This document shows positions 40,793 to 51,634 of a DNA stretch of 62,216 bases, in pieces; the first letter of the stretch is position 1; the number at the start of each line of letters is the position of its first letter. The position numbers and the translations under genes are program-made. The stretch is from NCBI GenBank assembly GCA_918234285.1, contig CAKJXZ020000058.1, forward strand, positions 1 through 62,216. Direction: 5' to 3'. The notes beneath the pieces are model-generated. The model did not search any database, was not told where the DNA came from, and worked only from the letters and a program-made list of their open reading frames with translations. The DNA comes from Pseudomonadota bacterium (GTDB lineage: Bacteria > Pseudomonadota > Alphaproteobacteria > RF32 > CAG-239).

Positions 40793-41977
40793 TTATAACT
40801 TGGCCAGACGAACCGTATCGTGCGCAATCACCGATTCTTCGTCAGTCGGGATGATATAAACCTTAACCTTCGAATCCGGTGTTGAAATCATAATTGTTTC
40901 GCCGCGAACACGATTGTTCTTTTCATCAAGTTTGATGCCGAGATAGCCCAAACGCTCAATCAGCTGCTTGCGCAAAACCCAGCCGTTTTCGCCCACGCCG
41001 GCGGTAAACACAATCGCGTCAACCCCGCCCAATACGGCAATATAGCCGCCGATAATTTTCAAGAGCGAGTGAACATAGCAATCGGTGGCCAAAATGCACT
41101 TCTCATCGCCTTCAAAAATACCGTTTTCAACATCGCGGTTATCGGCACGACCGCACAAAGCATACATACCGCTCTGCTTGTTGAGCATATCGTTAACTTG
41201 GTCAACCGTTAAGCCATCCTTTTTCATAATATAAAGCGGAATGTACGGGTCGATATCGCCGCAGCGGGTGCCCATAATGGTACCGGCAAGCGGCGTGAAA
41301 CCCATTGATGTATCAACGCACTTACCATCTTCAATTGCGGAAATCGAGGCACCGTTACCCAAGTGGCAGGTAATGATTTTGCCTTTTTTACCGATGAGTT
41401 TGGCACATTCATCAGCTACATATTTGTGCGAAGTACCGTGAAAACCGTAACGACGAATTTTGTTGCGAACATATTGGTCTTCCGGAATGGCATAGCGATA
41501 TGCTTCCGGTTTCATGGTTTGGTGAAAAGAAGTATCAAACACCACCACCTGCGGAATGTTCGGCAAAATTTCTTTCACTGCTTTGAGGCCCAAAACGTGC
41601 GCCGGATTATGCAACGGAGCAATATCCGAAAGGCTGGCAATATCCTCAATAACTTTATCGGTAACCAACACTGATTCGCTGAAAATATCGCCACCCTGAG
41701 CAACGCGGTGACCAACAGCACTCAATTCATCCATAGAGTTCAAAGCACCATTCAACAGCAAATTAAATACATTGCGAATAGCTTCCGAATGCGTCGGCAT
41801 CGGAATCGGATGTTGTTGTTTCGGCGAATCGCCGTATTGAATTTTAATAACGGAGTTGTCCGCACCGATACGCTCGGCAATACCTTTAGAAATAACGGTG
41901 TAGTTTTCGCCCTCAACGTTATAAAGTTGAAATTTCAAAGAAGACGAACCGCAATTAATTACGAGAATTTTTTTCAT
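40793..41977 (-). CDS. ackA: Acetate kinase
   Basis: NCGSSSLK, APLHNP, RRYGFHGTSH, HLGNGAS, FTAGVGEN, IPTDEE. Confidence 0.98.
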   Translation of the reverse strand: MKKILVINCGSSSLKFQLYNVEGENYTVISKGIAERIGADNSVIKIQYGDSPKQQHPIPMPTHSEAIRNVFNLLLNGALNSMDELSAVGHRVAQGGDIFSESVLVTDKVIEDIASLSDIAPLHNPAHVLGLKAVKEILPNIPQVVVFDTSFHQTMKPEAYRYAIPEDQYVRNKIRRYGFHGTSHKYVADECAKLIGKKGKIITCHLGNGASISAIEDGKCVDTSMGFTPLAGTIMGTRCGDIDPYIPLYIMKKDGLTVDQVNDMLNKQSGMYALCGRADNRDVENGIFEGDEKCILATDCYVHSLLKIIGGYIAVLGGVDAIVFTAGVGENGWVLRKQLIERLGYLGIKLDEKNNRVRGETIMISTPDSKVKVYIIPTDEESVIAHDTVRLAKL

Positions 41978-41989
41978 ATGTAAAGTTCC

Positions 41990-42994
41990 TTATTTTGTTG
42001 CTTGGATACAGGTTATAACGATTGCTCCGACCACGTCTTCGGCAAAGCAACCGCGAGATAAATCGTTTACCGGCGCGTTTAAGCCCTGCAAAATCGGGCC
42101 ATAAGCTTCGCAATCGCCTAAACGTTGCAGTAGTTTGTAGCAGATATTACCGGCTTCAAGATTAGGGAAAATCAACACGCGAGCTTTACCGGCAACTTCA
42201 CTGCCCGGAGCTTTTTTGGCGGCCACAGCGCTGTTCAGTGCGGCATCGGCCTGCAATTCGCCGTCGATTTTAATCCCTAAATTTTTATATTCATCGGTCA
42301 ACAAAGCTTCCTGAGCCATTTTGGTAGCGCGAGTTACTTTATCTACCTCATCGCCTTTAGCCGAGCCTTTGGTAGAGAATGAAAGCATTGCCACATTCGG
42401 CTCAATTCCGAGCAATATAGCGGTTTGTGCCGCATTCAGGGCAATATTGGCCAATTCTTTGTCCGTCGGATTGATGATAACGCCGCAATCAGAAAAAATA
42501 TACGGTTCGTCATGCGAAATCATAATAAAGAAAGACGAAGCGCTGGCGCCTTTTTTGGCGGCCTTAATGATTTGCAACGCCGGACGCACCGTATCGGCTG
42601 TGGAGTGATTAGCTCCGGAAACCATACCGTCGGCATGGCCGGATTTAATCATCAACGTGCCGAAATAATTATGGTTAAGCGCCAATTTATCGGCATCTTC
42701 ACGGCTCAACCCCTTTTCTTTGCGCAATTCATACAGCAAATCAGCATATTCACGCAAACGCGGTGATTCTTCCGGATTTATGAACTCAATACCGTCGGTT
42801 TTCCAACCCTTGGCGGCAAAATGTGCTTTCATCTCGGCCACATTACCCAATACAATCGGCTTGGCCACGCCTTCTTCGCTGACAATATGTGCCGCTTCCA
42901 ATACGCGTAAATCCTCACCTTCCGGCAATACGATGGTTTTAACGTTCTTTTTGGCACGTTCCATCAGTGAATTTATATATTTACTTTTTACCAT
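41990..42994 (-). CDS. pta: Phosphate acetyltransferase
   Basis: IVLPEG, DGELQADAA, FPNLEAGNICYK, GPILQG, NDLSRG. Confidence 0.97.
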   Translation of the reverse strand: MVKSKYINSLMERAKKNVKTIVLPEGEDLRVLEAAHIVSEEGVAKPIVLGNVAEMKAHFAAKGWKTDGIEFINPEESPRLREYADLLYELRKEKGLSREDADKLALNHNYFGTLMIKSGHADGMVSGANHSTADTVRPALQIIKAAKKGASASSFFIMISHDEPYIFSDCGVIINPTDKELANIALNAAQTAILLGIEPNVAMLSFSTKGSAKGDEVDKVTRATKMAQEALLTDEYKNLGIKIDGELQADAALNSAVAAKKAPGSEVAGKARVLIFPNLEAGNICYKLLQRLGDCEAYGPILQGLNAPVNDLSRGCFAEDVVGAIVITCIQATK

Positions 42995-43125
42995 TTTATC
43001 AATCCTTTAAACCGGTTAAAAAAATTATTACTAATAAACAACGGATATTTTAAAAAGTCCATAAAAAAGTTTTGCTTTTTAGACTCATTTGTAATATGCT
43101 TTACGAAAATTTTAGAGGGAAGAGT

Positions 43126-44160
43126 ATGAAAAAGTTATTTTTGTTTATTGCTTTGTGGCTCTTGAGCATGCCGGCGGCGGCCAAAATAAATTACAGCACG
43201 GTCATTCCGGTTGATACTGAGGCGGAAAATTCGGTTGTGGCTAAGGACAATGCCATGCTTGAGGCGCAGCGTCAGGCTTTTCTGGAAGTTGCGGGTAAGC
43301 TCGTTTCGGCCGAAAATGTGGAAAAATTGAGCAAGCTTTCCGATGATTCCATTCAATATTTTATCCGCGCCGTCAGTGTAGATAACGAAAAGGCCGGCGG
43401 CACCAAATATAAGGCCGACTTAACGGTGCATATCAACGAACAGCTCTTGAAAGACTATCTCTCCGAGAACGATATGATTAAGCTCGAAGCCGAGGAACTG
43501 TTGATTATTCCGGTTTTTATGCCACACAAAAATGCATATCCCATGTTGTGGGAAGAAGATAACCTGTGGCGACAAAGTTGGCGCTCTAAGGGTTTGGTAA
43601 AATTCGGCGCGATTGAAATGCGCACCATCGGCGACCAATTCCGCAACATAGAAGATTTGAGCGCACAAAATGCACTGTATATGCCAAACAGCATCTACGA
43701 ACAAATCAGTGCCTTGAGCGAATCGGAAAAAATCTATGTGGTTTATGCCGAAGTATTGGAAAATGATGATTTAAAAATCACCCTTAAGAATGAATATAAC
43801 AAAACCGAAGACAACTTTACCGTTTTTAACGACGGAAAGTCGGATATTTTTGATAAGGCCATCGAAAAGAGTGTTATGGTCATCTCTAATATGGAAAGAG
43901 AATCCAAAAATAATGCCTCCGAAAATACCGTGCATATTTTGAATGCGGTGTATATCTATCAGGATATGAAAGATTGGTTGATGAAAAGCAATGTCCTCTC
44001 CGAGTTGCCGATGGTGGAAGGAGTTGATACCAAGAGTTTCGGTGGCGGCAAGGTTAATTTTTCTATCCGTTATACCGGCCCGTTGCAAGATTTGTGGAAC
44101 ACCTTGCAGGAAAACGGCTTTAGCCATGAAGCATCAGGCAATTACTATATTATAAGGTAA
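43126..44160 (+). CDS. DUF2066-like exported protein
   Basis: Signal peptide MKKLFLFIALWLLSMPAAA; AKDNAMLEAQRQAF, LWEEDNLWRQSW; typical position upstream of an AI-2E gene. Confidence 0.6.
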   Translation: MKKLFLFIALWLLSMPAAAKINYSTVIPVDTEAENSVVAKDNAMLEAQRQAFLEVAGKLVSAENVEKLSKLSDDSIQYFIRAVSVDNEKAGGTKYKADLTVHINEQLLKDYLSENDMIKLEAEELLIIPVFMPHKNAYPMLWEEDNLWRQSWRSKGLVKFGAIEMRTIGDQFRNIEDLSAQNALYMPNSIYEQISALSESEKIYVVYAEVLENDDLKITLKNEYNKTEDNFTVFNDGKSDIFDKAIEKSVMVISNMERESKNNASENTVHILNAVYIYQDMKDWLMKSNVLSELPMVEGVDTKSFGGGKVNFSIRYTGPLQDLWNTLQENGFSHEASGNYYIIR

Positions 44161-44165
44161 AAATA

Positions 44166-45233
44166 ATGAATAAATCCGAAGTAAATACTCAGAGATATAT
44201 ACTGATATTGGCAGTTTTACTGATTATCGGCAGTTTAATGTATGCGTTGCGCTCGGTGTTATTGCCGTTTGTTGTCGGTATTGTCGTTGCCTACTTTCTT
44301 GATCCGGCCGTCAATCGCCTTACCCGCAACCCGAAAATATCCCGCACCGCCGCCACCAGTATTGTGTTGGTGTTGTTTTTACTTATTTTATTGCCGATTT
44401 TGATTTTGCTCGGTATGATGGCAATATCGCAAGTCAGCGATTTTTTGCTTAATTTGCCTGATTATATTGAGAGTTTCGGAACTAAAATCAAAATGTGGAT
44501 AGCGCAGGCTCAAACTCATTTTCCGTCTCTGATTCCGGATAGTCGCGAAGATATTATGCGTAATTTCGGCGAATCGGCAAAACCTTTGGTTAAGTTGCTG
44601 CAAAAAATCATTTCCAACGGTTTTGCGTTGGTTAACGTTGTTTCGCTACTGCTGATTTCGCCGATTGTGGCATTCTACATGTTGCGTGATTGGCATAATT
44701 TTACCGGCAAAATTTATGATTTGATACCGCAGAAAAACAAGCAAAATGTCATTGACGGCGCCAAAGCCGTAGACCGGATTATTTCCGGATATTTGCGCGG
44801 ACAGGCGTTGGTATGTGTGATTTTGGGTTCGTTTTACTCTTTCGGTTTGTGGCTGGTGGATTTGCACTTGGGCATATTGGTCGGCTTTATTGCCGGTCTG
44901 ATTTCGTTTATCCCTTACGTAGGCTCGATTTCCGGCTTTTTGATGGCTATCGTGCTGGTGGTAACACAATACGGAACTCTGCCGAAAATACTGGAAGTTG
45001 TCGCCGTATTTTTAATCGGACAATTTTTAGAAGGTAATTTTTTAACTCCGAAGTTGGTCGGCGAAAACATCGGTTTGCATCCGGTGTGGGTGATGTTTGC
45101 CCTGCTTGCCGGAGGAGTTTTGCTCGGACTTTTGGGAATGATTATTGCCGTCCCGGTTGCTGCCATCATCGGCGTGTTGTTGCGCTACATGATTGAGCAC
45201 TACAAAAACAGCCGAATTTATCTGGAAAATTAG
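44166..45233 (+). CDS. AI-2E family transporter
   Basis: LLPF...AYFLDP, FYMLRDW, YLRGQ, FIPYVG, EGNFLTPKLVG, GLHPVW. Confidence 0.93.
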   Translation: MNKSEVNTQRYILILAVLLIIGSLMYALRSVLLPFVVGIVVAYFLDPAVNRLTRNPKISRTAATSIVLVLFLLILLPILILLGMMAISQVSDFLLNLPDYIESFGTKIKMWIAQAQTHFPSLIPDSREDIMRNFGESAKPLVKLLQKIISNGFALVNVVSLLLISPIVAFYMLRDWHNFTGKIYDLIPQKNKQNVIDGAKAVDRIISGYLRGQALVCVILGSFYSFGLWLVDLHLGILVGFIAGLISFIPYVGSISGFLMAIVLVVTQYGTLPKILEVVAVFLIGQFLEGNFLTPKLVGENIGLHPVWVMFALLAGGVLLGLLGMIIAVPVAAIIGVLLRYMIEHYKNSRIYLEN

Positions 45234-45242
45234 CCTTTTAGC

Positions 45243-46112
45243 TTATGGCAGATACAGCCGCGGGTTTACCGCTTTTTTGCCGTTGCGTACCTCAAAATGC
45301 AACTGTGGAGCGGTTACGCTGCCGGTACTGCCGACAGTGGAAATTTTTTCACCACGAGCGACTTTCTGACCTTTTTTAACAAACATTTTGTCGTTATGAG
45401 CATAAGCAGTTATCCAACCGTCGGTATGTTTGATTAAAATCAAATTACCGAAGCCTTTCAGCTCGCTGCCCGCATAGGCCACGGTGCCGGCATCGGCCGC
45501 TTTAACCGCAGTGCCGAGCGGAGCCTTGATGTTTATGCCGTCATTTTTACGTCCCTTGCCGAGATTACCGAATCCGGAAATAACCGTCCCCTGTACCGGC
45601 CACAAGAATTTAGCCGAGCGATTTTTGGCCGGCGGAGTTGTCGGCACATATGCCTGAGGTTGTTTGGTCGAACTTGCGGCAACGGTGGTTTTAGGTGCAG
45701 GAGCCGAGGCCGTTTTGCTCGTCGATGCCGGTGCGGAAGAAACCGAACCCGGAAGCAACAACTTTTGCCCAACATACAACGCATACGGCGTGGAAAGATT
45801 GTTTACCCTGCTCAGTGAAGTAACGTCAACATTATGCATTCGCGCAATACTGTATAAACTTTCGCCGCGCTGCACCACATGATATTGCTTGGTCGGTAAC
45901 GCTATTTTTTGCCCGACATACAAGGTATACGGCGAAGACAGATGATTGATGTTTATTAAGTCTTTTATCGGCACATTGTAACGGCGCGAAATACTGTATA
46001 AAGTATCGCCTTTTTGCACGGTAACATTACTGCCGGATCCTCCCCACCAGTTGATGGAGGAACAGCCGCACAAACCGCAAAACACTATCAATATGCTTAT
46101 AAACTTTTTCAC
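45243..46112 (-). CDS. nlpD: NlpD-like LysM2-M23 lipoprotein
   Basis: Lipobox LCG-C, two LysM domains, FLWP...NDGINI...TAYAHN...QLHFEVR; probable GTG start at 46112. Confidence 0.85.
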   Translation of the reverse strand: MKKFISILIVFCGLCGCSSINWWGGSGSNVTVQKGDTLYSISRRYNVPIKDLININHLSSPYTLYVGQKIALPTKQYHVVQRGESLYSIARMHNVDVTSLSRVNNLSTPYALYVGQKLLLPGSVSSAPASTSKTASAPAPKTTVAASSTKQPQAYVPTTPPAKNRSAKFLWPVQGTVISGFGNLGKGRKNDGINIKAPLGTAVKAADAGTVAYAGSELKGFGNLILIKHTDGWITAYAHNDKMFVKKGQKVARGEKISTVGSTGSVTAPQLHFEVRNGKKAVNPRLYLP

Positions 46113-46251
46113 AACACACCCCGTTTCTGCGCCCATTTTAGCCGATAATTATTTATTTTTGATTAAGCGCAAACAAATAAGTGCCGACATTATAAAAAAC
46201 AACCCGCCCGGATAAACCGAGCAGGTTGCTTTGACATTGTCACGGTTTTAA

Positions 46252-47535
46252 TCAGTCAAACAAATCCATGAATGAGTCAAAACCATCTTTGATCATCGAC
46301 TTAAAGGCTGATCTGACGCCTGATCTGCATTCGCCGCAATCATAACATTTTTGTCCGGCGGAAGATTCCTCACCGTTTTCTTTATAATCACAACCGTTAT
46401 TTATGCAAGCGCTCTCCAAACTACCGATTTTGCACTCATCCGCAGCCACCGTGATAGCTATCGTAATATGATTTTTGCGGCCGTTTTCTTCTGTTTGTTC
46501 CAGTTTAATTGTGTGTTTTTGAATTTCCTCACTCGGATTTTTATCACATTTTACAATCACCTTATTCAGCGCTTCCTTAACACTGCAAAAACCGCTTGAC
46601 GATATCATTTCATACGGCCATTCTTCTACTTCTTCACCGATTCGCTGCGATAAAATATTGATCACTTCGCCACCACCGGCTGCAGGATATTGTATATTGG
46701 TTTCATCGGCCGAAAATTCGTACATATTGTTCACGCAGCTACACACGTATTTGCCGTTAATCAGTTCTTCTCTTCTGTATCTGTCGGATCCGCAAGATAC
46801 TTCTACCGGTTTATAACAAATGGTACCGTCAGCGGCCCGTTTGGTTCTGGCCTCATAACAGGAGTTGTTATATCGGGATGAATATTCGCTCTCTCTGACA
46901 TATCCGACCATATCACGGCATCTGTAACAATTTTTGATACCGCCGGCGATGGCATATACGTGCTCACAACTCATGCATCCACTCTGAATATTTTCCGTTG
47001 TACCGCTCGGGCACGACATTTCGGCGCTGGTTTTGCACATACCGCAACTCATCAAGCCTGATTTATGTGTCAATCCCTCGGCAGCAATCCATGTTTCCGT
47101 GTCAGCGCATTCTCCCGATGTTTTATAACCTCCGTCACACGGACGCGGCGAACATTTCCACATGGTTTTATCCCCTTGTTTACACGATTCACAGTTCCAC
47201 GCGTCGCCGGAATAATTTGCCGGTAAAGACGTGCCATCACTTGCCGATTCCAGCTTAAACCCGCGCTCATCACAGGTTAAAGAAGCACAACTGAACAAAG
47301 AGCATCCCGAAATATTTGCCGGCGTACATTTCATATTTGCCGGTTCATAGCTATAGTAGCCTCCCTCGCTTTTATATTCGTCGCAAGTTTTTACCTCTGT
47401 TTTTTTAGACTTGGCCGCTTGTTCGCACTCTCCGGTCGGCAAAAAACAAACATCCGCCCGAGAAGGCCATGCCGCCGTTATTGCACATAACAATATGCTT
47501 ATTGAAGTAAATCTTCTTATTATTGCCATCGACAT
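46252..47535 (-). CDS. Secreted Cys-rich protein with BACON-like domain (short paralogue)
   Basis: Signal peptide, ADVCFLPTGECE; colinear with the N-terminal ~410 aa of the neighbouring gene. Confidence 0.75.
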   Translation of the reverse strand: MSMAIIRRFTSISILLCAITAAWPSRADVCFLPTGECEQAAKSKKTEVKTCDEYKSEGGYYSYEPANMKCTPANISGCSLFSCASLTCDERGFKLESASDGTSLPANYSGDAWNCESCKQGDKTMWKCSPRPCDGGYKTSGECADTETWIAAEGLTHKSGLMSCGMCKTSAEMSCPSGTTENIQSGCMSCEHVYAIAGGIKNCYRCRDMVGYVRESEYSSRYNNSCYEARTKRAADGTICYKPVEVSCGSDRYRREELINGKYVCSCVNNMYEFSADETNIQYPAAGGGEVINILSQRIGEEVEEWPYEMISSSGFCSVKEALNKVIVKCDKNPSEEIQKHTIKLEQTEENGRKNHITIAITVAADECKIGSLESACINNGCDYKENGEESSAGQKCYDCGECRSGVRSAFKSMIKDGFDSFMDLFD

Positions 47536-47669
47536 CAGTATCCTCCTCGTTGTGTAAACAGTGCCTTTATGTTAACATATTCTGTTATTTTGTCAACTTT
47601 TTTTATTAGCAACCGCAAAAAAAATAAAGGGCGGATAAATCCACCGCCCTTTTGTTTTTAGTATTCAAC

Positions 47670-50600
47670 TTAACTCGGTCTCGCGCTGCAAGTACAGCAT
47701 ACATAGTCCGCCGTACTGGACGGAGATGTACAACTCGGTACTCTCTTATTGTCACCGCAGGCTTTGGTGTATTGAGGCATATTGCTCTTGCCAACTTCCG
47801 CCTGACCGCTCGGGCACTTACTGGTGCTCGGAGTCTGATTAGGATTACTGCTGCCTACTTTGCTGACAGGGCAACCTTGACCTTGATAACAACAGTATTC
47901 TTCAATAGAGGAAACTGATCCGTATTCTCCGTAAACATCAGATTTGTTGCCACTGGTAGCACAACAGAATCCCGAACTCTCCATGCTGGTGACTAAGGTA
48001 GTATTATAGCACTGTCTGTTAGTACTGTTATTATTGCAGTAATTATATACATTACATACCGTGTTGTACTTACGACCGTACATATAACTATCACAGTTAC
48101 CGATTTCATACTTATATTTCGGCCATGCATACTTTTTCATATACTCATTTGCTGCCTGAGTACCTTGGTACGCTTCACCGAGGTATTCCCAGCCGTCAGC
48201 AGAAGAGTATTTCTTACTGCAATCTACTTTCTTGTTGCCTGTGGTACCACTACCGCTACTGGCGCATACGGTTTTGCCGTTAGGTTGCTTATTAGCAGTT
48301 GTGCCGCTTTTGCATTTATACTTCTTTTCCGCTCCGCATCCCGGATCACACTCCTCATAATTGTCAGTAGTGTTCTTGATGAATTCGGACTCGGCATAAG
48401 TATATCCGGAGCAAGCTTTCGGAGTGCAGCTAGAGCTACACGTATAGCACGTGGATCCGGCATCCGTGGTTCCAGCCGCCTTATAAGTGTAATACATGCT
48501 TGACGGATCTTGGGTGCCGCTTGTTTTGCTGATACTCACGCAATCGTTCGGGTCCTTGGTCTGTCCCGAAGGGCATGTATCATTCTTACATTGATAGCAA
48601 CTCGAACCGTCCTTTGTTGAAGAGCCGCTGGACACACATTTTTGTGTAGACATGCACTGGCCGGAACAATTGCTGGAAGCACTGCCTTTATCGCACTGGC
48701 AAACTTTGCTGGTGTCGAAATAGGTCCTTCCGTCATCCGAAACTTTGGATTCGTTGCATGAACTGTTAGACGTGGTCTGCCATTGGCTACCCCACGGAAC
48801 ACAGTTCTTATAACGGGTTTGACCATTGCAGGTAATCTTGTCGCAAGTCATTGCTCCGTTCAGTTCGGATTGCAGCTTACCTTCACAGCCTTCGCAAGCG
48901 CAAGCTGTGGTATTGGCTTTTTTGCCGGTGCCGCAAGCTTGGTCGCTGATTTTGCAAGTACAATCATAGTAAGCCCAACTTGCACCGAGTTTAATCTTTT
49001 GGCAACTTACGTACGGATTGCCTGTGCAAGATTGACCGTTCGGACAAATCGGAGTAGACATACACGACTTACCTGCCGGGCAGGTGTTTGCCTCACACCG
49101 TTTGCAAACCGCATCTCCGGATTTATTGTTGGTTTCGACTATATGGTAACCGCCGATATCGCCTGTCGGGCAGTTTGCTGCAGATACGTCGGTTGACGTG
49201 CCGCTCGGGCATTCTTGTTTCACCCACTTACAGTAGCCCTGATCTAAAGTGTAACCTGTCTTAGTTTTACCAATCAACGTACAACGACAATTGGTTAATT
49301 TGGTGCTATCGCCCAACTTAATCGTTTGACATTCAACATCCGGATTGTTTGCACAAGATGTGCTGTTCGGACAAACCTTAGTATCGGTGCAGATCTGGCC
49401 GCTTGGACAAGTTTTTGCCGTACATTTACCGCAGTCAGCATTGCCGGATTTACCGTTTTTGCTGAATTCATATCCCTCAGGACATGAGGTTACTTTCGTG
49501 TCATATCCTACCGGACAACCGGCGTCACGGCATTCGCAACGATTATCATCAAAGGTTTGCCCTTCTGTGCACGAACTTGCAGTGATTTTGCACTTACAAT
49601 TGGTATACATTTTTTCCGCACCGAGCGTGATCGGATCACATTTAATATTAGGGTTCGGATCACAACTCGTTCCATCCTTACACTGTATCCAAGGTTTGCA
49701 AATTTGTCCTGCCGGACAAGTTTCTTTGACGCAACGAGCGCAAACGGCATCACCGGCCTGACTGTTCGATTTTTCGAGCTTCCAACCAGGTTCACACGAA
49801 GTTATGCCTTTATCAAAACCGGCTTCGCAGTCTTTAGAAGTGCAACTGCAGTTTTCTTTATCCACGTTAAAACCGGCGCCGCAGTTAATGGCCGAAGGCT
49901 TACACTTACAATCGAAAAACTTGGTGCCGTTACCGACCGGTTTGCTGTCGCAGTCAACTTTACCCGAACAAGGATTGCCGTTCGGACAAACCGGTTCATC
50001 AGTGCAGTCTTTACCTGCAGGACAATCCTCGGAAACGCATTTATAGCAGTAGGAACCGTCGCTTCTTTGGGTTTTAGTCAATTTGAAGCCGGCCATACAT
50101 TCTTGTTCAGCTTCGCTGTAACCGGCAGGGCATGTTTCCGCATCTTGTGGAATTTCGATTGCTCTGTGACACGTTTTACCGGATTCGAGCACCTTGACGT
50201 CATAGCCCTCAGAGGCAGGTGCATCACCATCAATCCATCCGGCTCCGCAATTGTTATTGTTACATTTGTAGCAGATTTGACCCGAAACTGAAGTTTTGCC
50301 GTTAGGTTGAGCAACACTGTTGCCATCGGCACAAACGGTTGATAACTGGCCGCTTTCGCAACTATCCTTATAAATGCGAATACCCACGGTCTTGGTATCA
50401 ACAGTTGTGTCTACGTGCGTTTGAATCAGCGTCATTGTACAACCTGCTTCATTTTCACTCTTATTAGGCGGGCAGGTAACCGTAACTTTATCACCCGATT
50501 GGGATTTGGAAGCCGAGCACGAACAAGCCGTCAGAGATACATTATATTCCCACGGCTCCGCTTCGTTACCTATGTGTTTAGATGTAACCGCAACACTCTT

Positions 50601-51476
50601 AGTGCCGCCGGAAGCATCAAATTGCAATAACGACGGGTTAACAGTAAATTCATACGTGTAATCCCTACACTTACACATTGTCTTACCGTTAACGACTTCT
50701 TCAGATAAGTATTGATCACTCTTTTCGCCACAGGTTCTTTTTGTTCCTTTATAGCACAATTCGCCGTCAGCCGCACTCTTTGTTGTGAAATCGTAGCAGG
50801 AAGTATCATGAGTTGCCAAAAACTCACTTTCCGGTTGGTAACTTCCCATAGTTTTACATTTATAGCAAGGGTTGCCGCCATAACCGGTATCACCTACGTT
50901 AGCGCACTCATAGCATCCGGTCGGAATTACCGAACTTGAACCCTCCGGACAAGTTAGTTCCGAATTAGAGACGCAAACGCCGCATATTTCGATACCGGAT
51001 CTGTTTACAGGTGTTTCCGGCTCAATAAGAGTCTCGTTTTCTGCGCATTCGCTACGAGTTTTATAATTACCGGCACATGGTTTAGGCAAGCATTTCCAGA
51101 AATAGTCGGCCCCTTCCAGACAAGATTCGCAAATCCATGCATTCGAGGAATATCCCAGAGGCAGATGAGTTTTACTGTCTGTAGGACCGAGTTTAAATCC
51201 TTTATTTTCGCATGACATGCCCGTGCACTCATATAATGAGCAACCGGAAATATTAACGACCGAACAACTCATCCCTTCTTGTTCGGTTTTGTAATATCTC
51301 CCCATTGCAACATACTCGTCACACGACTTCTGCTCATCTGCTTTTGCCGTAGCCCCTCTTTCGCAGTCACCTGTCGGCAAGAAACAGATGTCTGCCCAAG
51401 ACGGTGCTACATGAATCATACACGAGAGTATACACATGTACGCGCATCTTTTGATTGTTTTAGCTATAGATAACAT
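47670..51476 (-). CDS. Large secreted Cys-rich repeat protein with BACON-like domain
   Basis: 1268 aa, ADICFLPTGDCE, about four ~100-aa Cys repeats, AAGGAGG RBS. Confidence 0.8.
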   Translation of the reverse strand: MLSIAKTIKRCAYMCILSCMIHVAPSWADICFLPTGDCERGATAKADEQKSCDEYVAMGRYYKTEQEGMSCSVVNISGCSLYECTGMSCENKGFKLGPTDSKTHLPLGYSSNAWICESCLEGADYFWKCLPKPCAGNYKTRSECAENETLIEPETPVNRSGIEICGVCVSNSELTCPEGSSSVIPTGCYECANVGDTGYGGNPCYKCKTMGSYQPESEFLATHDTSCYDFTTKSAADGELCYKGTKRTCGEKSDQYLSEEVVNGKTMCKCRDYTYEFTVNPSLLQFDASGGTKSVAVTSKHIGNEAEPWEYNVSLTACSCSASKSQSGDKVTVTCPPNKSENEAGCTMTLIQTHVDTTVDTKTVGIRIYKDSCESGQLSTVCADGNSVAQPNGKTSVSGQICYKCNNNNCGAGWIDGDAPASEGYDVKVLESGKTCHRAIEIPQDAETCPAGYSEAEQECMAGFKLTKTQRSDGSYCYKCVSEDCPAGKDCTDEPVCPNGNPCSGKVDCDSKPVGNGTKFFDCKCKPSAINCGAGFNVDKENCSCTSKDCEAGFDKGITSCEPGWKLEKSNSQAGDAVCARCVKETCPAGQICKPWIQCKDGTSCDPNPNIKCDPITLGAEKMYTNCKCKITASSCTEGQTFDDNRCECRDAGCPVGYDTKVTSCPEGYEFSKNGKSGNADCGKCTAKTCPSGQICTDTKVCPNSTSCANNPDVECQTIKLGDSTKLTNCRCTLIGKTKTGYTLDQGYCKWVKQECPSGTSTDVSAANCPTGDIGGYHIVETNNKSGDAVCKRCEANTCPAGKSCMSTPICPNGQSCTGNPYVSCQKIKLGASWAYYDCTCKISDQACGTGKKANTTACACEGCEGKLQSELNGAMTCDKITCNGQTRYKNCVPWGSQWQTTSNSSCNESKVSDDGRTYFDTSKVCQCDKGSASSNCSGQCMSTQKCVSSGSSTKDGSSCYQCKNDTCPSGQTKDPNDCVSISKTSGTQDPSSMYYTYKAAGTTDAGSTCYTCSSSCTPKACSGYTYAESEFIKNTTDNYEECDPGCGAEKKYKCKSGTTANKQPNGKTVCASSGSGTTGNKKVDCSKKYSSADGWEYLGEAYQGTQAANEYMKKYAWPKYKYEIGNCDSYMYGRKYNTVCNVYNYCNNNSTNRQCYNTTLVTSMESSGFCCATSGNKSDVYGEYGSVSSIEEYCCYQGQGCPVSKVGSSNPNQTPSTSKCPSGQAEVGKSNMPQYTKACGDNKRVPSCTSPSSTADYVCCTCSARPS

Positions 51477-51634
51477 GACGTCCTCCTTATTCTATAGAAT
51501 AATGTAGGTATAGTGTATCACATTTTTTTTTGAATTTGTGTGACATTTTTGTTAAATTTTTATGACTTTATAACACATTATTCTTGATTTTTTAATGCAT
51601 ATTGCTATTATGCCCCTACAAAAAAGAGGATTTT

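Noticed and set aside
45243-45620. M23 domain lacking Zn ligands
   Set aside because: Normal for NlpD-type amidase activators
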